The notes under the pieces: generated by a model
What the model saw: only the letters and a program-made list of their open reading frames with translations
Databases searched by the model: none
What the model was told of the DNA's origin: nothing
Shown: positions 21,532-35,327 of the stretch, one piece after another
Layout of the letters: every line of letters starts with the position of its first letter
Position numbering within the stretch: the stretch's first letter is position 1
Translations under genes and position numbers: made by a program
Assembly (NCBI GenBank): GCA_964016885.1
Contig: OZ024747.1
Location: 12,090,001-12,154,000 of the forward strand
Source of the DNA: Eledone cirrhosa
Lineage: Eukaryota
Reading direction: 5' to 3'
Length of the DNA: 64,000 nucleotides

Positions 21532-22213
21532 TGTGACGTGACCTGCGTGGGTCAGCGCCATATAAAGGCGGGGCAAGGGTGAATGGGGGGGTGAATGGGG
21601 GGGAAGGAATGAAATAAATAAGCAATAATAATAATGTTAGTGCCAAATATGTATAATCTACACCTTTTGTGTGTATATATATTATAAATACATGTATGTA
21701 TTACATATATATACACATATGTATATATATATGTGTGTATATATTAAAGTTTGTTCCAGAAAAAATCTAGTTTGTATGTGTTGATTGATTGGTTTAAACA
21801 GAGGATGGCTGTGTGGGGGTGGGGTCGGGATGAAGCTGGAAGCCGTGTGGTGGTGGTGTTGATGATGATGATGATGGTGAGAGCTAAAGGCTTGATGTTA
21901 CACGTCTGTAATAATTAACCAAAGTCAGAGCATCAGATGAAATACCTCGGTAATTTTTTTCTGACTCTCTGCAATCTGAGTTCAAATCATGCAGAGGTCA
22001 ACTTTATCTTTCATCCCTATTTTTTTTTTGTACACACTCACACTCGGTCACTGATGTAAGATGTAGAACCCGTGCTGAAAGTCAATCAGTTCTCTGCAAT
22101 GTTTGTCACAAAAGTATGTGAAATGTTGGTATATAATACTTCACCTCACTACAGATGTCATGCCTGTGTACCTGGTTTATGATTCCTGCCATTTCTTACA
22201 TCTTACAATGTAA

Positions 22214-22332
22214 GGGCACATGGCCTAGTGGTTAGGGTTTTAGAATTCCTAATCACAAGGTTGTGGGTTCAATTCCTTGACCAGGCAGACCATTGTATTC
22301 TTGAGCAAAATACTTTATTTCACATTGCTCCT
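22214..22332 (+). mobile_element. Family 2 SINE head
   Basis: ggcacatggcctagtggttagg...ggttcaattcc...ttcttgagcaaaatactttatttcacattgctcc. Confidence 0.75.
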
Positions 22333-22590
22333 TCTGCTAAAAGTTTTAACCGGCAGATACTATCAGCAATGGAAACATTGTTTCCTTGGTCCAATCTGAA
22401 GATCAAGCTCTTCTTTTCTTTTCCTTTTTTTACAATGAAAAATTATAGGTAAGAACAAATCTCATTTTCTAATAATAATAATGTTTAATCAATATAAAAT
22501 ATATATTTATGTATATTTAAATATTTAAGCTACTGATTTGAACTCCTTTGCAAAATGTTGCCACTTCTTGCTCATAAATATATATTTAAA

Positions 22591-22647
<57 letters not shown>

Positions 22648-23165
22648 TCTGTATAATTTGTTACATGGTGGGGGTGTATAATAGAATTAATAATAATTTC
22701 ATGACCAGTTGCATCACTAATTACCATGACAATTGTTTTAAAAAAGAATGTTTCATAATTTCACAATCACAAATTTTGCAACAGAATATTTAAAAAGTAA
22801 AAAAAAATAATATTTAATGTATTTCAAGAAATGTGTGTATTTTTATAGAGTTCACATGAACTTGTAGAGTTTCCCTGGGGTGGATGAAGTCTGCATGGGA
22901 ATCTTGGCTGAAAATTTCATCAGGATCTTATGTATTATTTATGGTAGCAAATAAATTAATTTGGGGCCCTCTAAATATTCTGGGGTCTCTGGTTACAGCC
23001 CAGTTAATACCTATTCATATTAATCTACCCCTGGAATTTACACAGATTTACTTTCAATGTTTCTGTTAGATATATATATTTATCTATTGTTGGGGTTACT
23101 TTCTACCCCTTTGTAAAGTTTTCATACTTTTGTAAGATTTATATATTGACAACCATTCATAAAGG

Positions 23166-23210
<45 letters not shown>

Positions 23211-23399
23211 ATATATTATAGAATCTCTGACTTTTAATCCATGATAAGGCAATGGGGTGTGTGTATCTGGTTTAAAAGGGATCTCTTGGTGGATATATTT
23301 ATTATTTACCCATTAGAGGTCATTTCTAAATATTTTAATAGATGTTGAATGTGAATGTGTGTGTGTAGTTGATGTATATATGGGTATGTGTGTGTGCAA

Positions 23400-23434
<35 letters not shown>

Positions 23435-23749
23435 CACACACATACATACATACACACACATACATACATATAAACCGTGAGTGAGAAAATGAGGTCTCTT
23501 ATAAAGCAACAGCCACTGCTGATTGCAGTTATTTCGCTTATTTAGTATATATATATAAATATTGTAATATAATAATATATGTAAATACTATATATATATA
23601 TGAATTATGTGACATAATGTATGGCATTGAGTGTATATTATACATAATGGTATGGTGTATAATATTGCATCATATTATTTAATATGTATAGCTATACTTA
23701 TATCATTTCATATCTGATGTACGCATATGCATACTATGTACATATACAA

Positions 23750-23805
<56 letters not shown>

Positions 23806-25402
23806 TAAATGTATAAATTCATATAATCTGATAAACAAAAATCTTTAAAAAAACATTTTTATACAAAATGTTACTAAACTTTTGAAAAAAAAACATGAAA
23901 ATATATCTCACACACATTATATATATATATATATATATATATATCATTATATATTATAAATATATTATATATATTATAAATACTTTATGTATATCATATA
24001 TATATGTAAATAATATATACATATATATATATACACACACACACATATATATATTTATATACATATGTATATAAATATATATATGTATATGTGTGTATAT
24101 ATATACATACATACATATAACCATACACAGCTTATATTTTTATAAGTAAAACAATAAACCATTCTTTAAAAAAACAATTATAATATTAAATCTGAAAAAA
24201 ATATATATAAAAATACATAAAAAAACACCAAGGAGAACATTTTATGTTGAAGTTGTGGAAATATTTGGTTGTTTTTTTAAGACTAACTATTTTTGAAACT
24301 AGTTTTCTCTAAATTCTATTGTTTTTTTTATCACATATTTGATTACAAATATTTGATAGTCTATAAAAACATAATAATAATAATTATAATAATGATAATA
24401 ATAATTTTTTTTTTTTTTTTTTTTATAATCAATGTGCTGTATTAACTAGCTTACCAATGCACACTGAATTTATTTGCCCTAGGTGTCAGGAAGACACTCA
24501 GCATATATCTCAGAAACAATAATGAAAGAAAATAAAAACAATAATAATAAGAAGAAGAATTCTAATAATTATGTTTTCTTGTGATAATAATAATAATAAT
24601 AATAGTACTTATCTGTTGGTATAATATCTCTTCTAAAGAAATGTATCAATTTGGTAGTGTCTGTGTAGGGGTGTATAGGGTGGGGTATAAGGTACATATC
24701 TGTGGTGAAATGAATGAAGTGGTGGTTGTCATCTGGAAGTTAGGGCTAGGGAGGGTAACAGTTAATAGGTTTGACCTTTTTTTATAATTTTTTTTTTATA
24801 TATAAATTTTATATTTTCTTGTTGTCATGGTGTTGTCAGTTAGCCTCCTACTTTGGAATATCACTAGTACCCTGATGTCACCCTTGTTGTTTAATAAGGT
24901 ACTACTCCCTTCCCTGGACACCCTTGGATGGAGTCATCAGTAAGGTTCTTATGTTGATGCACCACATGGAGTCATTGCTGAGGCACCCTTAAAACCAGGT
25001 ACCAACAACATATACACTCCCTTCTAAAGCTCTATCATACTGCTGTGGATGTTTGACCTTTTTTTTCAAAGTTTTCATTACAATTAACATTTTTGAATTA
25101 ATATGAACACTACTGTTTCAAATCACATATACACACACAGTTAGCCACATATTTTCACATTCCTAATACTATGATACATTCTCATACAGTTACACACACA
25201 CACACACAAGGCAGAGATTTAAGCAGAAGCTACACAAGTTGTTAGCGTTGGCATTGAGTTATTATCACAACTGCCATTTTGGATTTATTTCCTTCTGACT
25301 GGTTTGTTACCATGGAAACCATCCACTAACATTATGATTATTCGATGCCTTATCTACCTCTTACATATACACCTTTTGGTTTGTGTACACAGTCACCTCC
25401 CA

Positions 25403-25445
<43 letters not shown>

Positions 25446-25805
25446 TACAAGACATATACAAAGGCAGGTTGATATACTCCTTTGGATTGTATATACACTC
25501 ACCGTCCAGATATATAGACACCTGCTACAGGAAGTGTAGATAGGCGGGGCAGCTGGGCAGTATCTAACTCGTATTAGCCTACCGTCTTTACCTTCTCGGA
25601 TATTTTGACCTGTGGAAGGTAGAGCGGAATGCTGATACAAAACGCGGCGTGTATTGTAGAGAACTATCTACAGAAAAACCATTGTTATGGAACGCCTGGA
25701 AAACTGTGTTTGGTGTCGGAGAATGTTGCCTTACTTTTAGGTTAACACGTATTTGCCAGTGTATCTCCCGTCAGTGCTAGGTGGAGCCTTTCTTTTTCTC
25801 GACAG

Positions 25806-25915
25806 CTGTTGAGTCACTCGACTTCTGTTGAGTCACTCGGCTTCTGTTGAGTCACTCGGCTTCTGTTGAGTCACTCGACTTCGTTGAGGTCACTCGACTT
25901 CTGTTGAGTCACTCA
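25806..25915. repeat. 19-bp tandem repeat carrying TGAGTCA (AP-1 consensus)
   Basis: TGAGTCA at 25810, 25829, 25848, 25867 and 25905; variant TGAGGTCA at 25885. Confidence 0.85.
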
Positions 25916-26960
25916 ACAACTGTCGGATCTTTCAACAAGTCTGATAAATGTCAGATATGTACAGCCAAACCAAAGCCAGTGATTGGCTCTTCCTCACCCT
26001 CAATGATACAGGTCTTATACAAAGATAACCAAAAGTCATTCTTCACATAACACACACAGATATAGTCACATGTGCAAGTAATGGCTATTACTAAGTATGT
26101 ATATATGTATGTATGTATGTATGTATATGTATGTATATGTATGTACATATGAGTGTATGTATGTATGTATGTATGTGTGTATATATGTGTGTATGTGTAT
26201 ATATGTATGTATGTACATGTACTGAAACATTAACATACACTCATACATACTCAGATGTACAGATAAATAGAGTAAGTGAGAGAATGCCATATTTGTTTGC
26301 AATGTGTCTGGGTCTTCTCTCTGTAAACCACTGATGCCTCACTGAGACCTGGTCACATCCCCCTCTCTGCGAGGGGTCAGCCGTTGTCAGGAGAATTCTC
26401 CCTAAATTCAATACTTTCACACTTCCATCCCGATCACAGACAAGAGGACGGATGCAACGGTGGAAGTCAGTTGCTCTTGCTGCCTCACCCAAACTTTTAC
26501 ACACTTGTAGTATGGTTTAACAAGCAACACACACATAATGTCTTCCAATATATATATACACATACACTGAAATACACACACACACACACATACTTTAGAT
26601 CCTTAAAAAGAAGCAATAAACAAAGAAATCAAAAATTAATTTTTGATTCTAAAAAAAAAACCCCTCGAAAGCTCCTCTTGTGCCGTCCCTCGACATAAAC
26701 ACCAACACACATACACACACATCCTTGGTTCGATGTTCCAACCCATCAAACTATTAATTTGATGGGCTGCTTCATCAAATCTTCTCCTCACAGCCAAGCA
26801 GTGTTAAACTCTGCCAGCAACCTTTTTTTTTCATTCCATATTTCTATAGACATTCACATCCACAGCAGTGCTCCAATACAGCCTTAGTAGTCCTCCTTAG
26901 AATTCAACATCTTAAGAAACATTTGATGTTACATACACACATGTATATATAAATATATAT

Positions 26961-27280
26961 TGTTAGCGTTAGGACAGGTGTGTTAAGAATGGTTAGCGTT
27001 AGGACAGGTGTTTTAAGAATGGTTAGGGTTAGTACAGATGTTAAGAATGGTTAGGGTTGGGACAGGTGTTAAGAATAGTTAGGGTTGGGACAGGTGTTAA
27101 GAATAGTTAGGGTTGGGACAGGTGTTAAGAATAGTTAGGGTTGCGACAGGTGTTAAGAATGGTTAGGGTTGGGACAGGTGTTAAGAATGGTTAGGGTTGC
27201 GACAGGTGTTAAGAATAGTTAGGGTTGCGACAGGTGTTAAGAATGGTTAGGGTTGGGACAGGTGTGTTAAGAACGGCTAG
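26961..27280. repeat. 28-30-bp minisatellite containing GGTTAGGGTT
   Basis: About 11 copies of gttagggttgggacaggtgttaagaat(a/g). Confidence 0.9.
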
Positions 27281-27703
27281 AAAGCCACTATAGATACTAT
27301 ATGGTGTCTGTACTCTTCTGAGTTCAAACATCACTGACATTGATAGGCTTCGCTGTGTTCCCTCTTAAAATCACTAACAACATTATGGGTCAAGGCACGA
27401 GATACCAGTAATATACTAGGAGCATTATGAAGGAATAAGTTTTACCTTTTCTTTCTTTCCCTCTCAATGAAATTTTAATAAAAAATTGTGTTCCTGAGAA
27501 ATTAATTAATTTTCTAATTAATTCCCACTTCCCTAAAAACTCATCAATTACATTAATTACAATAGAATCTTGTGAAATAATTGTTGTTGTTTCTGAATTT
27601 CTCAGAATAGTTTAAAAGATAATTATATATTCCACGACAGTGACCACCATAACCAACTTGGTTGTATTTTAATCATATTGTTACTATTATTACTACTAGT
27701 GAG

Positions 27704-27925
27704 GACGGTGGATTGGCAGTATCGGTAGAGCGTCGAACAACATGCTTTATGGCATAGGGTTACGCTCCTTTACGTTCTGAGTTCAAATCCCACCGAGGTT
27801 AACTTTGCCTTTCATCCTTACGTGGTCGATAAAATAAAGTACCAGTAATGTACTGGGGTTGATTTAATCAACTTTTCCCTCCCCCAAATTAGTTGGCCTT
27901 GTGCCTAAATCAGAAATCAATATTA
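27704..27925 (+). mobile_element. Full-length family 1 SINE
   Basis: Head, core and 3' gtgcctaaatcagaaa followed by an (act)n tail. Confidence 0.85.
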
Positions 27926-28394
27926 CTACTACTATTACTACATATTACTACTATTACATATTATGTTTGCTAGGTACCGTGCTGACTGTAGTGAGGGAAG
28001 CTGTTGTCCTCTTGCAAAACTCCTGGACCGCACAACATCTAAAATATAGCAAGTGGAAGCTTAACTTGCTACAGATTCATCATGTGTGATCTACACTTAT
28101 ATAATATGTAATGTTGTCATCTTGACAATATGAGTTTCATCTCTTCTGTAGGTCTGTGTCTGCCATATACCTGGCTATTTCACTCTCTACAACATAGACG
28201 ACTCTAACTCTAACCCGTAGTAAAAGTGTGTGGGCAAACCAACACAGTTACCACATAGAGAAATAAAATCAATCATGTCACTGATTTAGCAATACCATTT
28301 AGATCTATTATTAATTTCCTCCCAAAATGACCAGATTACTACTTCGTTATAAATACAATTATAGAAACCTCAGTTTGATTAAATCTTTTTGGAG

Positions 28395-28580
28395 ACAAAT
28401 CTATCAATACCACTGTATTGACAAATCTATCAATACCACTGTATTGACAAATCTATCAATACCACTGTATTGACAAATCTATCAATACTACTGTATTGAC
28501 AAATCTATCAATACTACTGTATTGACAAATCTATCAATACTACTGTATTGACAAATCTATCAATACTACTGTATTGATCA
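28395..28580. repeat. 25-bp minisatellite (gacaaatctatcaataccactgtatt-like)
   Basis: About 7 copies. Confidence 0.9.
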
Positions 28581-30509
28581 ATGTATCATGTTGACCAATG
28601 TATCAATATCAGTCATTAACCATTGTTTTAATACCACCCTGTTGACCAATATACCAATACCACCACCATTCTTTAACCATTGCTAACAGAACAATTCCAT
28701 ATTAAATAAGTCCTAAATAACTGCCAGGAAGGGAAGGGGGGTGGTCACTTCTTATCTCTAGATGCCAATGGTGGACAATTTTTGTCTCTTTCTTTTTATT
28801 GACCCATATTCTTGGAGGGTGGGGCTTTAGGATGTGTAAGAGTTTTCTAGTTGTGTGGTGTGGTGTTAGTTCCATTGTTATTTACTGTAACCCGAGGTTT
28901 TCCTCTATCCTGGACCGCTTAACATCAAATATATATAGAGGATCCGGTCTCGCTGGAAGCAGTAAGTTCCATGGATTACACTCTACAACATCCTGGAACA
29001 ATTCAAAACTAATTCTGTCTTCTTCATTCTGATTTTTTAAAATAGGACTAAATATTATTATTATTGTTTATGTTGTTGTTGTGGTGAGGTTAGTAGAGTT
29101 GTTTGTTGAAAACAAGTTCCTGGTATGGTGAGACAAGGAGTTGGGTTTTCACTACCGGTTGTAGCTATTTCACTTCACTTATACTACTGCTAATGCTCAT
29201 ATGAAATGACATGAACACCACAACACCGCATAAACATATTTCTCCCTCCCTCCTATTTACTGGAGGTGGTAGTCACTAATGAATCAAGTAGTAATATATT
29301 GACGGTACTTTTCTCAGTTACCTGGACCGACTTGAAACATCTTAAACTGAATAGAAAAGTACTTAGGTTATTATTCACTTGCATTACTGGTGCCCTTAAG
29401 CAAGTATCTTAACATCTTTTTTTTTCCTGGGGCAACATCATCAACTGTTAAAAAACTTCTTGCTTATATACACACCAAAACAATGACAAATTTACAATAT
29501 CTACACCCACCTCCTGCAGATCTTTCACAAGTTATAGTTATCTCCTGGTTATATAAATTGATTTTTAAACACTGGTTAAACTTTATTATTGGTTATTATG
29601 CTGGTGGTTCAATATTTTATTGGTTATAAATAATTGGTTTAACATGATACGAACCATGCCAAAACTTGTTCTGGTTCTATGAAACAAAATCACCCATTTT
29701 AAAGGGTTCCTGTTTAAATTAAAATCTTGCAACATAATTTTATGTAATAACCATATGTTATGTTACTATCTTACTAATGTAGTAATTATTCATTAATTAA
29801 TTGAACTGTCAGAATATTTCATTAGAAATATGGTTAAATAAGGGTTAATGATTAAATAAAGTTTAATGGTTAAATAAAGGTTAAATAAAACTTTTCTAGT
29901 TTATAAACCAACATTTTTATAAATAACCTGAGTTATTTATAAAACAAAATATTGTGTTCAAATATTAATAGTTAAACTATACTTCTGGTTATAAACAATT
30001 CAGTATTACTAGTTAAACTGCTAACCTCGTGGAAACAAGATTCTCAAGCTGTATAACTAGTAAGGCCTGTTACTGCCATAGTTGGGGAGGGGGCCTCTCT
30101 TGTTACTAAATATATTAAAACATGTCGAGATTATCTTTGAAAAAATAATCATTAGATAATAATAATAATAATAATAAACTATTAATTATATTTAAATAAT
30201 CATATTTGATTGTATTGGTCTAAATATGTTCTGCGTATTTCATAGTCTACGGGGTAAGGCTGGGTGGGTTGCAGCAGGATGGGGTAAGTTCTATCTCTCA
30301 GGAATTTATTAGAAAAGAAAAGGTCAGTGTTAATTTTAGAATGGTGCCTGGTCATCCCAGGGTTTTATTGAGTTATCTTGAAATGAGATACATCAATTAA
30401 CATAAGTTGTGGTTTTATTGTTTGGATAACAAATCCATTAATGGATCAGTCATTGTTGGATCTGGCACCAGGTCAGTCCTATCACATGACCCAGCAGTTT
30501 GTCTGTTGG

Positions 30510-31055
30510 TTCCATGTAGCTAGACACTATCATGTAGCTAGAACTTGCACAATATAGCTGGATTTTTACCATGTAGTTAGATCTTTAACATGCAGTATGA
30601 TCTTCCTATGTAGCTGTGCCTCATCATATAGCTGGGTCTCACCATGTGGCTAGATCTCTCCATGTTGATAGATCTTACCATGTAGCTGTGCCTCACCATG
30701 TGGCTGGGTCTCACCATGTGGCTAGATCTCTCCATGTTGATAGATCTTACCATGTAGCTGTGTCTCACCATGTGGCTGGGTCTCACCATGCGGCTAGATC
30801 TCTCCATGTTGGTAGATCTTACCATGTAGCTGGGTCTTAATATGTATCTAGGTATCAACATGTGACTGGATCTTAGCACATATCTAGATTTCACCATGCA
30901 GCTGGATCTTAATATGTATGTTAATAAGATCCATGTGGCTCAATCTTACCATGTGACCAGATATCAACATGTGGCAGGATCTTAGCAAGTATCTAAATCC
31001 CACCATGTAGTTGAATCTCACCATGTGGCAGTCAGATCTCATCATGTGGATCATC
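30510..31055. repeat. 18-bp satellite with a 72-bp (4-mer) higher-order core
   Basis: catgtagctgtgcctcac/catgtggctgggtctcac/catgtggctagatctctc/catgttgatagatcttac cycle about 3x at 30607-30830, with degenerate flanks. Confidence 0.85.
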
Positions 31056-32089
31056 CAGACATGTCTAGTTTATGAATAAAGTTAAGTATTTTTGATAGGG
31101 AGGGCAAAATGGGTTGAGGAGGGGTATAAATAGCTTATGGGGGTGGTCAGATATTTTAGCCCGAAATCAACATATACAGTAAAAGAACAACTATATATGT
31201 GTGTGTGTGTAGATATAGATATGTAAGTCAAAGCAAAAGAACTGTGTTGTGTATATATGTATATATATATATGTATATATATATATACACATACATATAC
31301 ACACAACAGTCAAATCAACTAATTATATATACATGTTTCAGCCAAAAGAGGAGGAAGGCTGTAAAAAACCACTTCATTTTTTTTTTATCTTTACATTGTT
31401 TTAGAAATTTCACCCATGGATGGATAGTTTACATATATTCAGATAATTTCCATAATTTCCTGATGTTTCTCCTAGTTTTTCTTTTGTTTATATTTAAGGG
31501 CCCATGACCAGGGTCCAGTAGTCTCCTCTTCTTTTTTTTTTTAAAACTTTTACTCTTTTACCTGTTCCAGCCATCTGGCTGAGGCCATGCTGGGGCTTCG
31601 CCTTTTTTTTCTTTGTTTGCGAGAAGTTTTTATTTTTTTAAAAATATTTTCTTCTTCCCAAACTTTTCACTTCAAGTTGATTTATGATTCACAGTTTATT
31701 CTGACCAATTCATGCCCGACCCCCCAAACCACCACCCTACCGAAAACTGTAACTTTGTGTGTATGTTTCTAAGATTTTTGTAAGATTGTGTGTGGTGGGC
31801 ATGTGTGTGTGTGTGCGGTGTGTGGTGTGCATGTGTGTGTGCATTGTGTGTGTGTGGTGTGTGGTGTGTGTGTGTGTGTGTGTATGAAAGAGTGGGGAAA
31901 CCTTTTCTATAAAATATAATTCTAAATAAAAACTATATATATATATATATCAATATATATAAATATATATATCTATATATATATATGTGTGTATATATCT
32001 ATATATATGTGTATATATCTATATCTATATATATCTATATATATATACATATTTATATATATACATATTTATATATATATATACATATT

Positions 32090-32123
<34 letters not shown>

Positions 32124-32219
32124 CTGTTGTATAACATCCACCGATCAAACAGTATGACTATTACTAGTCTTACTACTAATAATAATAACATTTTTATACT
32201 AACTCACTTCATTGTACAC

Positions 32220-32283
<64 letters not shown>

Positions 32284-32397
32284 CATACATACTATCTGCA
32301 CTATAAATACAAATATAATACATACATTACATTTATATATATAACTGTTTGATAAATTAAATATACCTAAAAGGTACACACACACATATAAGTAAAT

Positions 32398-32442
<45 letters not shown>

Positions 32443-32530
32443 CATGCATATACATTCTACTCTCATGGTTCAGTATATGTCAGAGAATATCACATTTTTA
32501 TTTTTCGAGTTGTAATGTTTACATACATAG

Positions 32531-32596
<66 letters not shown>

Positions 32597-32605
32597 ATAT
32601 ATATG

Positions 32606-32661
<56 letters not shown>

Positions 32662-32906
32662 GTCACTAGTAAATTGTAGTATGAAATGCGATTGAGTTCT
32701 TTTTCCTTGAATCGTAATGATTTATCCCAATATTTTCAATATACATACATGTTTGATTTTAATCCTATATATACACACAAGTCTCTCTCACTCATACCTG
32801 ATGAACCTAATGTGTGTTGTGTTATACACACTTGGCAACTTCAACATACACTGTATATAGATATTCATTACCATAGACATACATATATACACATGTACCT
32901 AGGAAA

Positions 32907-32944
<38 letters not shown>

Positions 32945-34000
32945 ATATATGTATACACATGTATATATATATATATATATATATGAACCAAGCCAAAATC
33001 AGTTCTGTCTGAGCAAGACATGGTCGCCTGATCTGGCTTGTCTCTCGACGGGACAATTCGTCTAACCCATGCTAGTGTTAAAAAATAGACGTGAAACTGG
33101 GTAGACAGAAACTGAACTTTGTGTAATTTGAAGGGTGAGCCTTGTCTTACACACTGTGTATAGCTGAGTCTTCCTGAGAATTAATTTAAAGGTACACAGG
33201 TTTGTGGCACAATAATTTAACAGGCAAGCTGTTCCATTGTTTAAACAAAAGGAACACTCATTGTTGAAACTATGATCTATATATTTTTATACACACTCAC
33301 ATATGTGTTGTTATTAATACATACTGTAGATATATCTGTATATCATATATATATATATATGTATATATATGTATATATATATATGTATATCATATAAAGA
33401 TAGTTCATATGTAAATAGGCTATCAAACTGGGTGTGTATACAGAGTAACAATGTGATATAGATATACACTCTGTAAGTTAGTAATATATACAATATACAC
33501 TTGTGGGTCTCTAAACCTCAAATGAAATGGAAGTTGGTATTTGCAATTGTTGTTCAACTCCCAAGATCGGGATATAGGTACCTTTTACTTACACTTATGT
33601 AATACAACAGCTGCTTAATTCACTATGTTTCTTTCTTTTTGTTGTTGCTGCTTGTTGTATGTATATATACATATATGTACTAGCATAGCACCCAACAAAA
33701 AATGATAGGTTGAATAGTAAAAGAATATTTAATTAAATAATTCCTTGATTATAGCAGGTTTTACTATCATTTTACAAAGACAACCACATAAGCAACTATC
33801 AGTGGCTGTTGTGGTATACATTGTGTATTTCATCTGACCAACTGTGTGTGTGTGTGTGTGTATGTATATATATATATATATATATTATATATGTGTGTGT
33901 GTGTGTATGTATGTGACTTCCATTCTTGCACTCTTCATTACTTCACACATACTTTAATGTAATCTGGAACAAACTATTCATATTATTATTATTATTATTA

Positions 34001-34435
34001 TGGCAGTATCGGTAAAGCGTCGGGCAACATGCTTTATAGCATAGAGTTACGGCCCTTTGTTCTGAGTTCAAATATTGCCGAGGTTAGCTTTGCCTTTCAT
34101 CCTTACGGGGTCGATAAAATAAAGTACCAGTCATGCACTGGGGTCGATTTAATCGACTTTCCCCTCCCCTAAAATTGCTGGCCTTGTGCCTAAATCAGAA
34201 ACCATTATTATTTATGGGCTTCACAGAATCAGTAGAGCGTCAGACAATATGCCATGTGTTATTTAGTTCTGGCTCTTTATATTCTGAATTCAAATCCTAC
34301 CGAGGTCAACTTTTCCTTTCATCCTTCCAAGGTTGATAAAATAAAGTACCAGTAAAGTTCTGGGGTTGATTTAACCAGCTTTCCCCCTCTCTCCGAATTG
34401 CTGGCTTTGTGCCTAAATTAGGAACGATTGTTATT
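34001..34435 (+). mobile_element. Two tandem family 1 SINEs
   Basis: Both carry gagttcaaat/gaattcaaat and the cctttcatcc...aaataaagtaccag core. Confidence 0.85.
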
Positions 34436-35137
34436 ATTATTATTATTGCTTTTTCCTACGTTAACACAGCTGGGATCTTTCTCCAGCAACCTTTACTTTC
34501 TCACCTGTTCACCAATTCTTTTGTCCTTGCCTCACCTGGGTCAACATCAACCAATGTTTGGAAACTAAACAGAAATGCTGCAGGACATCATCGGAGGTTT
34601 AGGGTTGTTTTTAAATACATGGAAAAAAAATACATTTTAAATGTAAACTGAGACGGAGCTTAACAGCGGAGTTTAACAGCGGAGTAGACTATGAAGAGAC
34701 AATTATCTTACTACTACTGATGGACACTGCTGCTTTCACGCTGCTGTCATCAAGAACCAATAGAGGCATTGGACAACTGCTGCTGCCTTTATTTGGCACC
34801 TTATACTGCATTCATTGCATGTTTAAATATACACGTGTGTATGTGTATATATATATATAACTATATATATATACATATGTGCACATGTGTATATTCCTTG
34901 CATGATGATGCAACAGAAGAATAAAATGAAGTTAAAAAAGAAGAAAAATAAACAAAGAACTCAATTGTGTAGAGAAGAATGTGTTTTGGTTGTTTTTATT
35001 TGACAATTTTTGTTGTTTTTGCTGATGTTTTATTTCAGATAGCACACCAACACCTCTCCTCCTTTTTCCTGTTCACATTTCAATTTTATTTGTGTTTTCT
35101 GGTGGTTGGGGAAGTTGGGTGATTTGGTGTATATATA

Positions 35138-35320
35138 TAATGAAGGAAGTGTGGTAAGGAACCAGATGGACCATAACGCACCAGAGTACTCGATACTTAG
35201 GGAAAGAGTCAGGACCCCAACAGCTGAGCTCCGGCCGTTTCGACAGCTATTTCTGAACAGTTCAGAAATGGTTGTCGAAACAGCCGGGGCTCAGCTGTCG
35301 GGGTCCTGACTCTTTCCCTA
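35138..35320 (-). mobile_element. Family B fold-back element
   Basis: Palindrome 35198-35320; the tail gtggtaaggaaccag..ggaccataacgcacca is the reverse complement of 15240-15275. Confidence 0.85.
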
Positions 35321-35327
35321 TATATAT

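Noticed and set aside
22214-22290. tRNA gene-like A/B boxes (also 13870-13950, 39910-39975, 48800-48865)
   Set aside because: These are SINE heads followed by SINE core sequence, with no intact cloverleaf
29270-29390. Loose hairpin as a miRNA precursor
   Set aside because: Pairing is limited to about 15 bp with bulges, and it matches no conserved miRNA I recognise
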